A stretch of 64,000 bases of DNA. Source: Dipteris shenzhenensis (Eukaryota). Positions 46,830 through 61,060 of the stretch are shown in pieces. Where the stretch lies: assembly GCA_047967505.1 (NCBI GenBank), contig CM106538.1. One strand, 5' to 3'. How positions within the stretch are numbered: position 1 is the first letter of the stretch; every line of letters begins with the position of its first letter. A program made the position numbers and the translations under genes. The notes beneath the pieces were generated by a model. It had not been told where the DNA came from. It was given only the letters and a program-made list of their open reading frames with translations, and made no database searches.

Positions 46830-48619
46830 GTTAACAAAAACATGACTCTTTTCATAAAATCGAAATGGCGGATTTGCTGAATTGTTAACTTCATTTTCAA
46901 GTCATCATGTTTTCAATATGGCATGGAACTTGCAAGACATGACAAGTCATCAGCTTTCCTGAGGATAGTGGCAGATTTTAAATGGAGCACCTGAACAGAG
47001 TGCATGTTATGTATTCTACTTTGGCAAACTTGCATCCGAAGTCTTGGCCTTCAGTGTGGAGATTCAGAACAAACAATCCAAACTTACAGTAAGTGATGAA
47101 GATTTCATTTGTAATGAAATGCTGGCTTCGGGGAATTTCTTGGAAGAGTGTAAGGTATCTGTGGTATCGCTCTATGAGTTATGCTTACCTTTCTTATAAA
47201 CTATATAGGCCATTCTGGAATTTGTACCATAGTTGTCTTGGAAAGCCAGGGGTAAAAGACATCACCAAGCAATGATATCTTTCGTTTGGGTGACAATAGC
47301 TTTATGGCCCACCTTTTGACATTCAGATGCCATACTTGGCTCTGGGATGCACGAGGGATTTTCTATTACATGTCTTTGGTTTTTCTAAAATTAATCCATT
47401 TATTGAAATGTCTTATCCATGAAATTGCACGAATTCCACAAAGTCTGCTCTTTTCTTTTCATCTGGACATTGGGTGGCCTAGCCCAATCCCAAAGAATGT
47501 AATTTTTTCATACAGTATACCATTGTGGTGTTTGCTGCAGAACTTGTACATCTATAAAACATCATTTAAAGTCATTGCGATTTCGTGATGATTGGTACAA
47601 TTTAGGAGTTTTTTGTTCCGTTAGTTAGCCCATTTGCCAGGTGCATCATAAATATGACGGTTTTGGAAGCGTCAAGCAGCTGCATCGTTGCTGCCTTGTC
47701 AGCAATGAAGCTTACAAACAGGGTGGTTTTGCTAGCAAATACAAACATGTAATAAGTATGACTCTCATATCGCCACATCCCCACCTACATAGATTTATCA
47801 AAAGGTGTATCCACGTTCCCATGGGTACATTTCTTTTCTTGACAGGGATATTTGTTTTGTGGTTTTGAAAAATAAGTGAAGCATCAACTTTGGGCTGTAG
47901 TATTACCTTCTCTCATTTTGAAAATTTCATATCTATATACGGTTTGCTGGAGTGAGGTGGGTCTCAACTTCGAGTTGCACTTCTAACATGAGTTATATAC
48001 AAACAAAGTAGAACTGAAAGTTCTCTCTCCTCTTCTGGTTTGCTCATTGTAATTTTGACTTAAATTGTCTTTGTTGAACAGTCGTTTTTTGTATGTTAAA
48101 AAAAACGACTGTTCTACATATTGAGTGTCCGAATTGGTACACAAGTTTGCGCTTTGCTTCAACATTTCCAATGCGTTGTCTATAGGGAAGGTGAATGGGT
48201 GGGGGGGAAGAATGCCACGGAGGGGTGAGGGAGAAAGAGAATAGGCGGAAGTGGAAAGAGAGAGGGCTGAAAGGGTAGAGGGGAGGTAGTGAAGGAGACA
48301 AGGAGCAGGAATTAGCAAGAACGCAAGAGGATCAGATAACGTACCATACAAATGATTAGGGGTTGACGTATATAGTCCCCCTCTTTCCCTTTATCTTCCC
48401 ATTAATTTCCCCTCTTTTTCCCTCCAATTTTCCACCTAATTTCCGCTATTTTTCCACCTTCATTACATCATCCCTTCCCATAGAACTTTGCCCTCAAAAT
48501 TTTACATCTTGGCTGTCCAAAGAGGTGCAGGAAACAGCAACTACTAATCAGCCCGGTAGGAGATAGGGGTAGTCTTGGACAATGCTTTCTGGCTGCCATG
48601 AATTTTCATCCTCAGGGAG

Positions 48620-49400
48620 TCCCTGCCACTTGATATGATATTCTTATGTCGCAGCACATGGTCTCGGTATCATAGGACACTACTTTCTTACGCTGCGCAA
48701 TTTGTCCATGAAGCAGAGGTGGTGGTTGGTTGCAGTACAGGAAGAGGAAAGAAATGTGGTTGCCGATGCTGTCGAGAATGTGGGCTTGCAATTTTCTGCC
48801 GTTTCCGCCATCTATCATGAGTGGATTCATGGGATTCAGGAAGAATATATGCATAATTCAAAGGTAGCTCCCATATTTTTGGAGTTATAGAAGCCTTCAA
48901 GCCAAGGACATGCTGAACAAACCTGCATAATGATGGACTGTTGTACTGCAAGGACATAACTTATCTTGTGCTAGATTCAAAGTATAGACTGCTGGTTTTG
49001 CAGGAAATGTGCTCATCTCCTACGATAGGACATGCGGGTATCACTAAGACATGTGAAAAGATCAAACAGAGCTTTATTTGGGATGGCATGTGGCAGGATG
49101 TGGTTAAATGTCACTGAATGCTTGCCTTGCCAATAGAATAAGGTGGACAGCCAGCTACCCGCAAGTCTCTTATAACCATTTTCTATTCTAGAAGGCAAAT
49201 GGACTCACATAGCTATGGATTTCATCACAGGGTTGCCTTCTACAGAGAGGGGATGGGATAGCATTTATGTGGTGGTGGATAGAATGACAAAACATGCTCA
49301 TTTCATACCCACTAAGACTCCGTATTCAGCATCACAGGTTGCTTGGCAATTTATCAAGCATGGTTTTAAGCATAATGGCTCCCTTAGGAAATTGTCAGTG
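48620..49400 (+). pseudogene. Gypsy RNase H-integrase relic
   Basis: NVVADA and MDFITGLPSTERGWDSIYVVVDRMTKHAHFIP, with many stops. Confidence 0.8.
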
Positions 49401-50389
49401 ACAGAGATACAAAATTCAGTGGAGATACAAAAAGTAGCGACCATGAGCTCCTTGAATTCTTGCCCAGTGGTGGGTTTGTGAGGTGAGTCCCTCATGCACA
49501 TAATCCCTCATATGCATACTTACAAAAATGATGCACTCCTCATCAGTCTTGGGGTAGAAGCGGAAATAGTCTTCCAGCTTCGTGAGCCACTCTTACAACT
49601 CATTAGGAGAGTGAGTGTCCCACTTAAACTTGTGCACTGAGAGCTTATCCTTCACGTCCTTGGCTGCATAGTTCTTGTTTTATCCACCAGAATATCGGGC
49701 ATTCTCACGCTTAAGACTCACATACTAAGAAAAAGGCAACTCAAGTAGAAAACTACACAGACATGTCCCTCATCCCGACCAGAGCTCTGAAAGGTGGCTT
49801 GTCATCCGTCAAGAAAGTGATCAGCGCTACAGAAAAGGCATCATCCAAATCAATATAATCCCCATGTTGGGGTGCGTGCAAGGGTCCCAAAAAGGGGTGC
49901 TATAGGCCTAAAACTCATGGTTGTCTAATTGATCCCCATGGTGGGCTGCTTACCCTTATCCTACATAGCAATGGTAGATGTGATCTGCTGACCAATTTGC
50001 TGTCCCATCTGGGCAAGAGCGGTATCTTGCATAGCCATGGCTGTGGTAAGCTGCTGGTCGAGCTGTTGTCCCATTTGGCGGGAAGCACCCTAGAGCAGAA
50101 GCAAGGGCATCCAAAAACTATGCATCCATGGCGGTAGGGGAAGTAGGACGAGTAGCCCTCTAGTACCCTCAGTAACTGGCACTTGCTCTTGCTGAGCAGC
50201 CTTGTCACCCTCATGAATCATCTTGTTAGCATAAGCTGCATGTCTCGGAGCCATCCTAACAGTCACACTTCTGAAAGGCTGCACTACGTGCAAGAATCTG
50301 GAAACTAGAGGTGAAGAGGAGCAGAAATAGAGCCAATTATGGCTGGAAAATGGCGGGGTGGAGGAATAGCCTGGCAAAAAAAAACTGGA

Positions 50390-50498
50390 ACAATTCTTTT
50401 TTTTTTGGGGGGGAGGACAGTGACTTATTAGGACGGTTAGACCACAACTCTTTTTTTTTTGGGGGGGAGGACAGTGACTTATTAGGACGGTTAGACCA
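50390..50498. repeat. Tandem duplication of about 54 bp, followed by AACCTAA-rich tract (to about 50630)
   Basis: ACAAYTC(T)n(G)nAGGACAGTGACTTATTAGGACGGTTAGACCA occurs twice. Confidence 0.85.
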
Positions 50499-51639
50499 TG
50501 TCTTAACCTAACCCTAGTTAGATTAACCAAACCTAACCGACAGCCTAACTAATTGCTAACCCCGAGTTTGACTAACCTAACCTAGACTATAACTAACCAG
50601 CCAACCTAACCCCGGGATAACTAAGCCTAAGGTTTTGCAACAGGCGCTGGGCGGATATGGCGGTTCGTCGGCTCTGCCTCTGCGGCTGGAAGGTAATGGC
50701 CACGCAAAACCATGGCCAGGATGAGGCGTTGAATTGCTACAGTTTGGCGTCGATGGCGAGCAGGTTATGACATATTTCTGGCCTTCGTTTAGCTCTATCT
50801 GTGCAATCTCGGATCTGTCTTGCGACAGAGAAGGGAAATGGCGGATTCGCAGTGCAAGTGGACGACGGAGAGTTGTTTATGTTGCAGCGACCAGCGTCGA
50901 GCAGATAGGACCTTTTCAACTACAATCTGGCGCGGCTGGCTGGTAGCTCGTTTTGCATGTTTGCAGTCGAGATGTGGTTTGCAGGTTGCATACACTCAGA
51001 CGCTCTGCACCTTCGAGTCCTAGTACAACATTTGGCTACACCATCATTGAGCGTTGGCCTGCAGATCTTGTGCAGGGGAGCCTGGCTCTGGGCTGTTGAG
51101 TGCTTGCTCAGGTCAGAGCTCTGATAACAATGTAGGGAAGGTGAATGGGGGAGGAAGAATGCCATGGGGGGGTGTTGTGTGTGTGTCTCTCTCTCTCTCT
51201 TTCTCTCTCTCATCTCCTTCCTGTAGTAGCCTTTGCATGAACCTCTGTGTTCTGAGTCTGCTGCAATTCTTGTTACTTCATTTATCGTGTTTTGTAGAAT
51301 CCTCATCTCTTGTCATGTGTGCTCTATCATTGATTTGAAGTTAATATCCAAGGAGTGCACTCTAATCTCGGTAGCTTTGTCCTTGACTCGTTTGCATCTT
51401 TTAGGTTGTTTCATATTCTTCTCATGTTTAGCTCCCCCTCACATTTGTATGGTTCTTTAAAATTTCAAGCGGTGGACATTGTTTTGCCTTGCCTCACTAG
51501 TTGTTTTGTGTCCTTTTGTAAGCTTTGGGTCATGCTTTCTCCATTGATTTTTGAAACCACTAGCTTGGTAGCCTTGTGGCCTTACCACATAATTGATCTC
51601 ACTTCTTCTAAGAGTTGATGTATCGAGGCTTAACTCACA

Positions 51640-51719
51640 ACATGTAGAGCTTAGTAAACTAGGCAATGGAGATTGTGAACATGTAGAGCTTAGTAAACTA
51701 GGCAATGGAGATCGTGAAG
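51640..51719. repeat. 39-bp tandem duplication
   Basis: ACATGTAGAGCTTAGTAAACTAGGCAATGGAGAT at 51640 and 51679. Confidence 0.9.
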
Positions 51720-54300
51720 AAAGTGGAGGTAATATTGGACACAAGTGCTTTGGAGAAATGAACGAGTCTTGAGAGGGTTACAAAAAAGGACCAATAACAA
51801 TAAGCATGAAGGAAAGGACTTGAGTTGGAGAGGGTGAACTAAAGGGGTTGCAAGAGTGGGATCGGAGTGCATTTGAATGTAGAAACAAAGTTGGAGACAA
51901 TGAAATGAATTCAAGGGTGAACATGAATCCAAGGATGAGATGAAAATAAGATGGAAGTAAGTTGGAGATTGGCAAGTTGAATGACTTGTAGGGGAATACT
52001 TATAATTTGGACACAATATGCGTCACTCATGCACGAGCGCGTGTGCACACACACACGTACATACACATGCATACATACATACAAGGGGTTATTTCATGAT
52101 TATCAATCTTTGGATTTATGAGTAGCTTCTATTGGTACACTTTGCAAATGGAATACCTGCTTGCCTAGGTGTTGTTTGATTTTGATGTTTAAGGATAAAT
52201 CCCAATATCCTATCTCAATCGTGACACAAGGTTTTTTTTTGGCTAGAAAAATAGCTTTTGTAACAATTTTAGGATCAAGTTAAAATGCACACACAATAGT
52301 CATAGGTTAACGTTTGGAATGCATGTACCATAGTCTATTTAGGTACAATAGGATCAACCCAAGGATGCTCTTTCAACAGTATTAGTTGCACTTATTGATG
52401 AAACGTTTGGGATTCATTATTAATAAAAAATGGAAGAATTTCTTACACGAATTTATTTATTGGAATTTCAACAAAAGCCATATTATAACAGAAATAACGA
52501 CAAAAGGAAGTGCATCATTAAGTGAGACTTGGCTTGGTGATACTACTAGCATGGGAAGGCATACAAAATTCCAAGGCCAATATTTATTAAAGACAACTTG
52601 ATAATAAAAGACTTGATTATGTATAATGGAGTTTTGAAAGGAATGTGGGGTGACATAGTCATTAGGATAAACCAGTTGATATGAAAATTGATGAAATTGT
52701 AGGGAATACGCCTAAAATATGTAATCTGTGAAGTGGGTCACCAAAAGAGTTTTGTAATCTAATAAGTTCTCAGATGTAGACATACATAGCCGTTTTTCTA
52801 ATTCACAAAACTATGAAACGTCAAGTTTTTATAAAGAGGAAGGAATCTAGGACTCAGTTATAAGTAGGGGTTTAATCATTACCCAATGAAAGCACATTGG
52901 TTGTAGGTTTTCTAGTAGTGGCTTGAAAGTTTTATTGTGAAGAATACAAATGTCAATGCAACCTCAACAAGGTTGAGACATCTAGTCCATTCTTAAAAAG
53001 TAGAAGTCGTCATCAAATACTTGGTACATATCTTTACAAGAATAAGTATCAAAGATCACAAGGTCTTTCCTCTAGTATCGCACAATTGAGTACTTTGATC
53101 TAAAGTCAATATTCTAGTACATCAATAGCATTTGATTTTTCTTTAGAAAGTACATCCAATCTTTTGGAGTAAGCCATCAATGAAGATGATGCCATACAAG
53201 CTTTGTTTAATGATAAATTAGAGGTGCATAGTCCTGAAATTTTGAATGTATGATTAGGAGTATGGTAGTGCTCCTAAATCATGGTGGAAAAAGGTAGACG
53301 ATGTTGCTTTCCCATGCAACATGATTCAAAAACATACTTACGAAAATAGGCAAGTGGAAGGCGCTGAACCATGTTTGTCTGCTTGAGTGAAACCACGATT
53401 TTAAAATCAAGGTGTGCAAATCTTTTGTGCTTAGCTAAGCATCTTGATTCTGATTAGAAGCTATCAAAGTTCTCTGAATAGTATTAATAAAGAAAGTTTA
53501 AACCTTCTCTGTATTTCGACACCATTGCAGATGGTCTTGTTTGTATTCTATAATCCTCAAACTATGTGACCAAACTTGTTGAAGACTAACTCCATGTCTC
53601 TTTTTGTCATCTGACTGGCTAGAGGTTTTGTTTAAGACTACTCCATGTCTCTTTTAGTCATCTAATTGACTAGAGATTTTATGCCATGGTCAGACCAAAG
53701 AAAACATTTTCTATGCTTTTGTGCATTGCGTTCGTTATTGTTCCAAATCTTGCTATCTTGTTGTTAGAGATAATTGTCCCATATGTGAGTCCCCAAATGA
53801 GAAGAAAGAAGAGGCAAGTGATGATTCATACGTGGACTTTCTAACAAATCTAAGGAATGGGTAATTTGGCCTTTAGAGCAAAGAGGATTTATGGACATCA
53901 AACTTGATTCAATCAACAATATTTGCGACATCATTGATTCAATGCATCGGATGTGAACAGGATATGAATCGACATCAAATAGAAACAATTTCCATGTCAT
54001 CATTTTTACATATTCACCAAATAGGCTTATCAAACAAATGGTGCATCCATTGAGAGGTTGAATGGATGCATAGGATCCTTAATTTTGTTCTAGAAGGCAT
54101 GACTTTTGAATTGGATTTAAAAAATAGGTTAACTTGCATGCATTCATGGTAGTAAGGAGCCATGTACGTATTCATGGTGATGAGTCACGAGCCACTGAAG
54201 GGTCATAATTTCTTAGGTGAGCTAGAGGCAAACCTCCTTCACCACATAAAATTTTGACACTAGCGAGGGATCAATGAAATTACCGCATCGCTTCGAGGTC

Positions 54301-54520
54301 TACACACACATACGCACATGCACGCATGCACGCACGTGCATACACAGACACACATTCACATGCATGTGTGAACACACACACACGTGCACGCATGCACACA
54401 CACACACGTGCACGCATGCACACACAAACAAAAGTGAGTTGCGTGCGTACATAGACACACGTTCACATGCATGCGTGCACACACACGTGCACACTTGCAC
54501 ACAAAAAAAAGTGAGTTGAA
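54301..54520. repeat. Compound (CA/CG/TG) alternating purine-pyrimidine repeat
   Basis: ACACACACGTGCACGCATGC units, with ACACA.AAAAAAGTGAGTTG twice. Confidence 0.85.
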
Positions 54521-57500
54521 GTGTAGTAAGAGTCTTGCACACAATTAAGCATGGAGAACCTTGCCTAGGACTAAGGTCATGGAGTCACGATGCATGGCAA
54601 GTCAGAACCCTAGGACTTCAAGGGCTCAATGCTGGCACAAAACATTTAAGGCTACAAACTATTATCTAAGGGAGAGACGAATGCATCTCTTGAAGGACAT
54701 ATGTAGACCACCTGCTAGCATACATGAGTTAAGCTAAGTACCATAGATATATGGCTCAGAAACATAAGCATAACCACAAGGAGGTTACAGATCCCACCTG
54801 TCTTCAACCTACTTTATCTCATCCCATGAAAGTATTGGGACATGAATAAAGAAAGCGATGCTTGACTAGGAGATCTTCATGCATGCTATAGTACTGATAC
54901 ATTGGATAACTCTGAGTACATGTAGGCTACACCCTCTAGAATGGTTGGTTTGGTGAGGAATTAAGACAACACATTTTGAACTCCTGCGTAAATAAGGCCT
55001 TGCCAGAATAAAGCTCAATGCCTCATCCAGGATCCCCAAATGAGGAGTGCAATAAGCTTGACTTGACATTCTTCTTGAGATTGATTAGAGCACTGAGGTG
55101 TCACATAGACATTGCATGCAATCCACATGCTTCAGTGTAGAGTCCACATGTGATTGCCACATGGTTGTCCTTTATTGGAATGCCATATGGAAAAAATGGA
55201 AGTCTACGAGACAGGCAGTATGTGTGGACTCATCATCAGACCCCGTTACCTAGAGGAACAAAGGGGTCTCACATGCTTTGAGGATTGCCATTGGGCAGAT
55301 GCAGATCTCATCCCATTAGTTGAGGATTGAGGCAGGGAGAGCTACAGGCACACTCAGAGAACAATGGATCTATAGGTTATGCACGCTTGGGGAGGTTGAC
55401 ACAAAGCAGGAGCACTTCTTGCGTGCCTGCCTAGCCTACTATGAGATCTGGGGATGAGGCCACTGCCTGGATCCAAAGGGATACAACTTTGGTCCACTCT
55501 CATGGTTGATCCACTTCTATGACCAGGTCTACATTGGGCTCTATTTGATTGAGATGCGACATCATAGAGAGACACTATTGAGACAAATTACATAGCAATA
55601 AGAGGTGACCTCCTCGCAAGCTGCTGAGGTAGACCAAGCACAACAATATGTCACATATTTCTATGCATTTGAGTTAACTCTAGGACACAGTGGGGTGAAG
55701 GAGAAGCTAGTTGACATGAGGGGAGCGTGGATCAGCAAGGAGAGATGATGTGACCCTGTCAAGCCAGAGACACAGAGAACACACATGACACAAAGAGTTG
55801 CGTCCATGATTGGACTAACTAAGTCCTAGGCTTAACCAAAGCCAAGGTCAGACAAACTGAGATCTAGGCTGATATCTAGCTGAGGTGGTCTAACCCTGGG
55901 TTGGGAATAACCTAGGGTTGTGACCAAAGCTAGCAAGGATGAGTCCTAGATGCTGTGAATAGAGCTTACTTGCTAATACGATAGTAGCTCAACAAAAGGT
56001 ATGGCCCACAAACTAAAGTAAAGCTACTTTAGGGCATGCATGCTAAAGTAAAGGTACTGCTAAAGATAATCAGAGGCTTATCTATAAGGGTAGGCCAAGG
56101 CTCATTAGTAGGGGTCCCCAAGGAGTGTGCTCCTCTAGACGTAAACTTGTTGCTTAGGAGCATGTTTGGACTTTGAGGCTAGCTAGCTCTCTATGGTGAG
56201 ACCTCTGGCTCGAGGGTGGCTCGACATATTGAGCCTATGGCTGGGAGGTGAGCTATTTGCTCCAACCCTTAGGGGTTGTAAGTGGGTACGTCCTGTGCCT
56301 GTTAGGACTCTAGCTTGAAATTTTACCCTATTAGGGTCTGATGTTTACTAGACCTAGTTTGGGGATGTTTCATTTGGTATTAGAGCTAGCTTCAAGCTTT
56401 GTCCAGTCTAGTTGCCATAAACGAAAGTGTGGTTTCCTAAGAGAGTATGTTCATCACACATGCTCTTGGCAAAAGCTACTAGAAATGGATTTAGAAAATC
56501 CTAAATGGACAAGCATCTCTGTGTTTGAGGAAAACCTTGGGGCAAGCCATAAAAACTCTTTAGCCATAAGATTGAGTCGATTATTGTTGACCATGGGAAA
56601 AAAAATTCTTGAGAGATGATTATTGTTTAAGAAGCCAATCATACAAGGTCCATTGATAATAATCAGAGAAGTTAGAACCGGCGTGAAGAGACTGCACATA
56701 ATGTTTGCAAATGCTTCCAGTAACAACAACTATTAAAAAGGCTACTTGTTACAAAACCCATAACACAAAGAAGAAAATAGAACAATGGCTAAGCAACCAG
56801 ATGTTGTGATAGGCATGCACATCTTGCCTCCCAAAACTATTGTAAGTATCTTACAAATACACAAAGAGCCAATGCCATTTGAGCCGATGTCAATAGCGGA
56901 ATCACAGCCGGAACTATCGTTACCGTAGAACATGGCAAAACTGGCAAACTGTTAAGCTTTTCAAACCAAGGACATGCACGAGTTTGGATCAATGCAACTA
57001 CAAGCCACAAAAATGCTATCAGAGAGGGTGGCATCATTCCCCAACATGACAATAGAGGTTGCGGTATTTTCTTTCTTGTTTCCAGGATTTTGTTAAGTGA
57101 AGCCACTTAGGGAGTCAGTAGCAAAGGAAGCTTAGCGAGTCCTATGCTATGAATGAGTCAAAATACCTGCATTTCTAAGGAAAAATTGGACAATTGTGAG
57201 CTACAAGACAAGTGAGAATAAGGATCCCATTGAAGCCCTCAGTCGAGGTATGCAAGATCCATACCATCTCTTCATTGTCACAACCCAAGTACTACTATAA
57301 TAGTTTCACATTAATCAAACAAGATTGAAAGCTATATATTATCAAGAAGCATTTTTGGTATGACCAACATTTGGGAATTTGTGTGCATTGTGTAATGATT
57401 TTATTGTATTTGATAATTGATCAAAATAGAACTATGGCTCGATAAGATTTTTTCCTATGAGTCCTCCCTTGAAGTGATAATGATTTTTATGCTACATTCA

Positions 57501-57530
57501 TCATTCGGGTGAGATTTATTTGTATCAACA

Positions 57531-58480
57531 TGGTATAAGAGCTTTCTTGCAACACATATCTCAAAGACAAGTTGCTAAAATATATCATCAAAGTCTACAC
57601 ATTGATGCTGAACGAAGGAGTTCCTTGAGTTGATAAAACCTAGTATTTAATTAAGTTTTAAAGTTTATTGACTCAAAAAATGTTTACCACAAAATGGCTA
57701 GCTAGATGCCCATCCCCAACTTTCGGGAGACTAGCAAGTTCGATAAGTCCAAATACCTACTATGGAAGATGAAGGTTTGGATTCACTTGTGTTGTTAAAG
57801 GAGTCTGGCAAATTACTTTCAAAATGAGCTACTGCAACAACTCCGATAATCACTACGGCAGATCCAATTGCAGTGCAACATCGGGTAGTGTGGGATGCAG
57901 AGGCCATAGTGATCATAATTGGCAGTAAAATAGATCTAGAGCAGTAACCACTATAGCAGATCCAGTTGCAGTACAAGATTTGTTAGTGTAGGATGTAGAG
58001 GCCCTAGCGATCATTGTTGATACTATTGTGGATGTTGTCCTTCCACACATATAGCTAGTTCAATGTTAGTAGAGGAATGGAAGGTGCTCAAGGAGATGTT
58101 CAAGCTAAATAATGGTGCTGAATACTTGACCTCAAGATCTACCTTCACACCATGAAGATGGATGAGGGACGTTTGGTGTAAGACTACATCACAAATGTGA
58201 AAGAGGTTAGAGATCAAATCATGGTGGTAGGTTGGTCAAAAAAATGAATTGATTGTGGCAAACACGGAAAACTCTTCTAGGAATTGTCAAAGTAAAAGAG
58301 GGGTCCACAATGAAGTAGCTTTAGGAAAGGCAAGTTGGATGGCATAAGCAAAAAATGTTATCATGGATGATATGTTTGTTGCTATGCTCCATAGTGATAC
58401 AAGGGCCAAGTTAGATTCAAGGAGACAAAAGTGCATCTTCATGGGCTACAACAAAGAATCCAAGGCCTACAAGTTGTTCA
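57531..58480 (+). mobile_element. Highly degenerate Copia related to element H gag
   Basis: CAACA followed by TGGTATAAGAGC (degenerate PBS). IPNFRETSKFD..YLLWKMKV parallels H gag. Integrase tail RAKLDSRRQKCIFMGYNKESKAYKLF at about 58402-58480. Another degenerate PBS lies at 56375-56386. Confidence 0.7.
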
Positions 58481-61060
58481 TGCCCATATATATTTGGGGC
58501 AAAGACTGAATTACTTGGCAAGAAATGATACTATATCACATTCATTGATGATTAGTTAAGGAAGACATACTTATTTCTTTGAAGGAATATTTGAATATTT
58601 TGAGTATTTCAAGAGTTTGAAGTATCCTCCATCTAGCTTGTCATTGAGATGGCATAGTCGGGGTAGGTTATATGAGGAATGATTGTTGTGCGGGCAATGA
58701 GTCAAGATTGTGAGATGATAGGGCTAGCTTTTATCCTATTGAGTTTGCCCTTAGCCTCCGGTGTGTTGACAAAAATTCATTGTGAAGATCTTTGTATAAA
58801 TGGATGCTCATGTATGGTGATTGGATATGTATGTGTGAAAGCATATGTTTATACTATGTTCTACACCCATTGTTGGGTGATGATGATGTCGGAGGGGATG
58901 TCATAGTAGGTAGTCCCTGCTATGCATGATAAAGTTTATGGTTTTCAACTGTTTGAGTGACTATCATGAGATAGAAGTTGCACACTGTATTGTGATTTTA
59001 GAGGATTTGTTTGGGCATGCTCCTCAATTCATCTAGATATATGTTCCCTCGTAATAGCAAACATGTGATTTTCACCTTGGGAAGTTTTTGTGCACCTTGT
59101 GGCTTTGTTGATGTTGCACTATATTCTTTCTATCTGACATGGTATGTTGCCTTATCAACTAGATTGTCTAAGCCTTTTTTGCCTGGAAATGCTCATTTGG
59201 GAGAGACTAAAAAGAAATGGTATAGTCTTCTCAAGTATTGAAGAGAATGTGGACAACTTTTTTATTAGCCTTTCTGCTTTATTGCTAGCCTTTGTCATAG
59301 GTGAGTCTATCCTTCACCTCCAGAGTGTTGATAGAAACTAAGTACAAAGATCTTTATATAAATGGATGTTCAATTATGCGTGGCCATAGTTTGTCTTGTC
59401 TCTATTAGTATAATACATTTGCTTTGTATGATCCAAGCTCACACTCCAATAGGCTATCAATACTTCTCACTATGGCATAATCCTCAATTGCTATTTAAGA
59501 GACATCACGTCAATTTGATGGTCTAATAGCAATATAGTTTTCTTCATCATCATTTTTCTTATTTGCTAAAACACATGCTCATGTTTTCCTCCAATTAATT
59601 ACTAAAAGGTTTTTCTTATTAATGTGTGCATAGCTTTAAGAGGTAAACAAACACATGGCATATACATTACCCATATCATAAAGTTTTTTCATTTTTCAAT
59701 AGCTATAGGTAATATACCATGCAATAACCCCACGTTATACTACATGCTTGTTCCATCCTTGACAAGAACTTCAATCTATAGCACTTTCTCTTTAAAAAAT
59801 TCAAATTTACATTCAACCTATTATTGTGTAGTTGCCACCATTTTTGGCTATTTCTTTTAATGTCCTTGAAGTAAACTCTTTAAATTTCTTGTGAATCCTC
59901 CCAAAATAGTTCTTTAGTGCACTCAAAGTTGTACATGCAATGTTAGCCTATAGAGCATCACCATCCATTCATGCAACCCACATTGGCCTTGAAAGTGGTT
60001 TTCAACCATCCTAGTGTGATATAGCTTAGAAAATAACTTGACCGTTACATCCCTTTTCAAAAACCTTCTTAGTAATCGTTGAAGAACTCCACAAATAGTG
60101 TCTGCTACAACAAACCATGCAACCATGAATTTCAATCTGCTCATGAATGTTTCCTCATTGGTCCTATGGACCTTTACTTGTGACCTCCTATTGGAACTAT
60201 GTGGAATTCTCCTGTGAACCTAGTGTTGCCACATGGGACCTACTTGATTACCATGTGTCCAAAGTTTGGATGTAATAATTCCATGCCCTATTTGGTCCTT
60301 ATCAATGCACCCTAAGCTTCTTGCCTACGCCTAGGATTGTCCTTGTATCCTAGCTGTTTTACACTATAACAATGTATCAACAAAGGCCATTGTATATTAA
60401 TGCCTCATCTATGCAAATAGCGTTGAGGCCCTATAAATAGTTTGGAAAACCTCCTTTGGAGATTCCATTAAGTTTTCAATGTTGAATTCTCTTCGGGTCT
60501 ATCTTTCCAATCAACTAAACATTCTTGATTATTGCATGTCTTGTTCTGTTTTCTTGTCTATGTTGGTTTTATGGTGTCCATGTAGCAAGATGTAGGTTTA
60601 ATGAGTTCAACTAGGACTTCATTTGCTATGATATTGTCATCATCTGTTCATTTCCTTTTAAGTCTACATACATGAAAAACTTGATGTACTTTACATCCTT
60701 CTGGATCTACTTTGTAAGCTACTTCTCCAATTCTATTAAGTATTAGGAAAGGTCCATAATATCTAGGAGGACTCTGGACATTTAGCTATTTTTAGGATTT
60801 TAAAAGTATCTAGCACCGCAAGTTAGAATTTCTCTTTTTCTTCAAATTCCAACTTTCTACAACGTGGATCTGCATAAGTTCTTGCTCTATTTTTTAATGA
60901 TGTTCTAGGCTAAGTTAAATTTGATCATATCTTCAAGAAATTCTTTAGTTGCCGAAATCTTCTCTTTTTCAAGTCCCACTTCAATTGGATGAAATCCATA
61001 CATCATCATGAATGGAATAAAACTTATTGTTGAATGTTTGGCAGCATCATATGCAAATTC

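Noticed and set aside
50500-50630. Interstitial telomere repeat
   Set aside because: AACCTAA-rich but irregular, with no tandem CCCTAAA or CCCTAA run; likely TE leader sequence.
52300-54100. Possible minus-strand hAT transposase relic (also 59300-60150)
   Set aside because: AT-rich and stop-ridden, with only faint motif resemblance; needs tBLASTn or HMM support.
54274-54544. His/Thr- and Cys/Val-rich ORFs
   Set aside because: Translations of (CA)n-type microsatellite.
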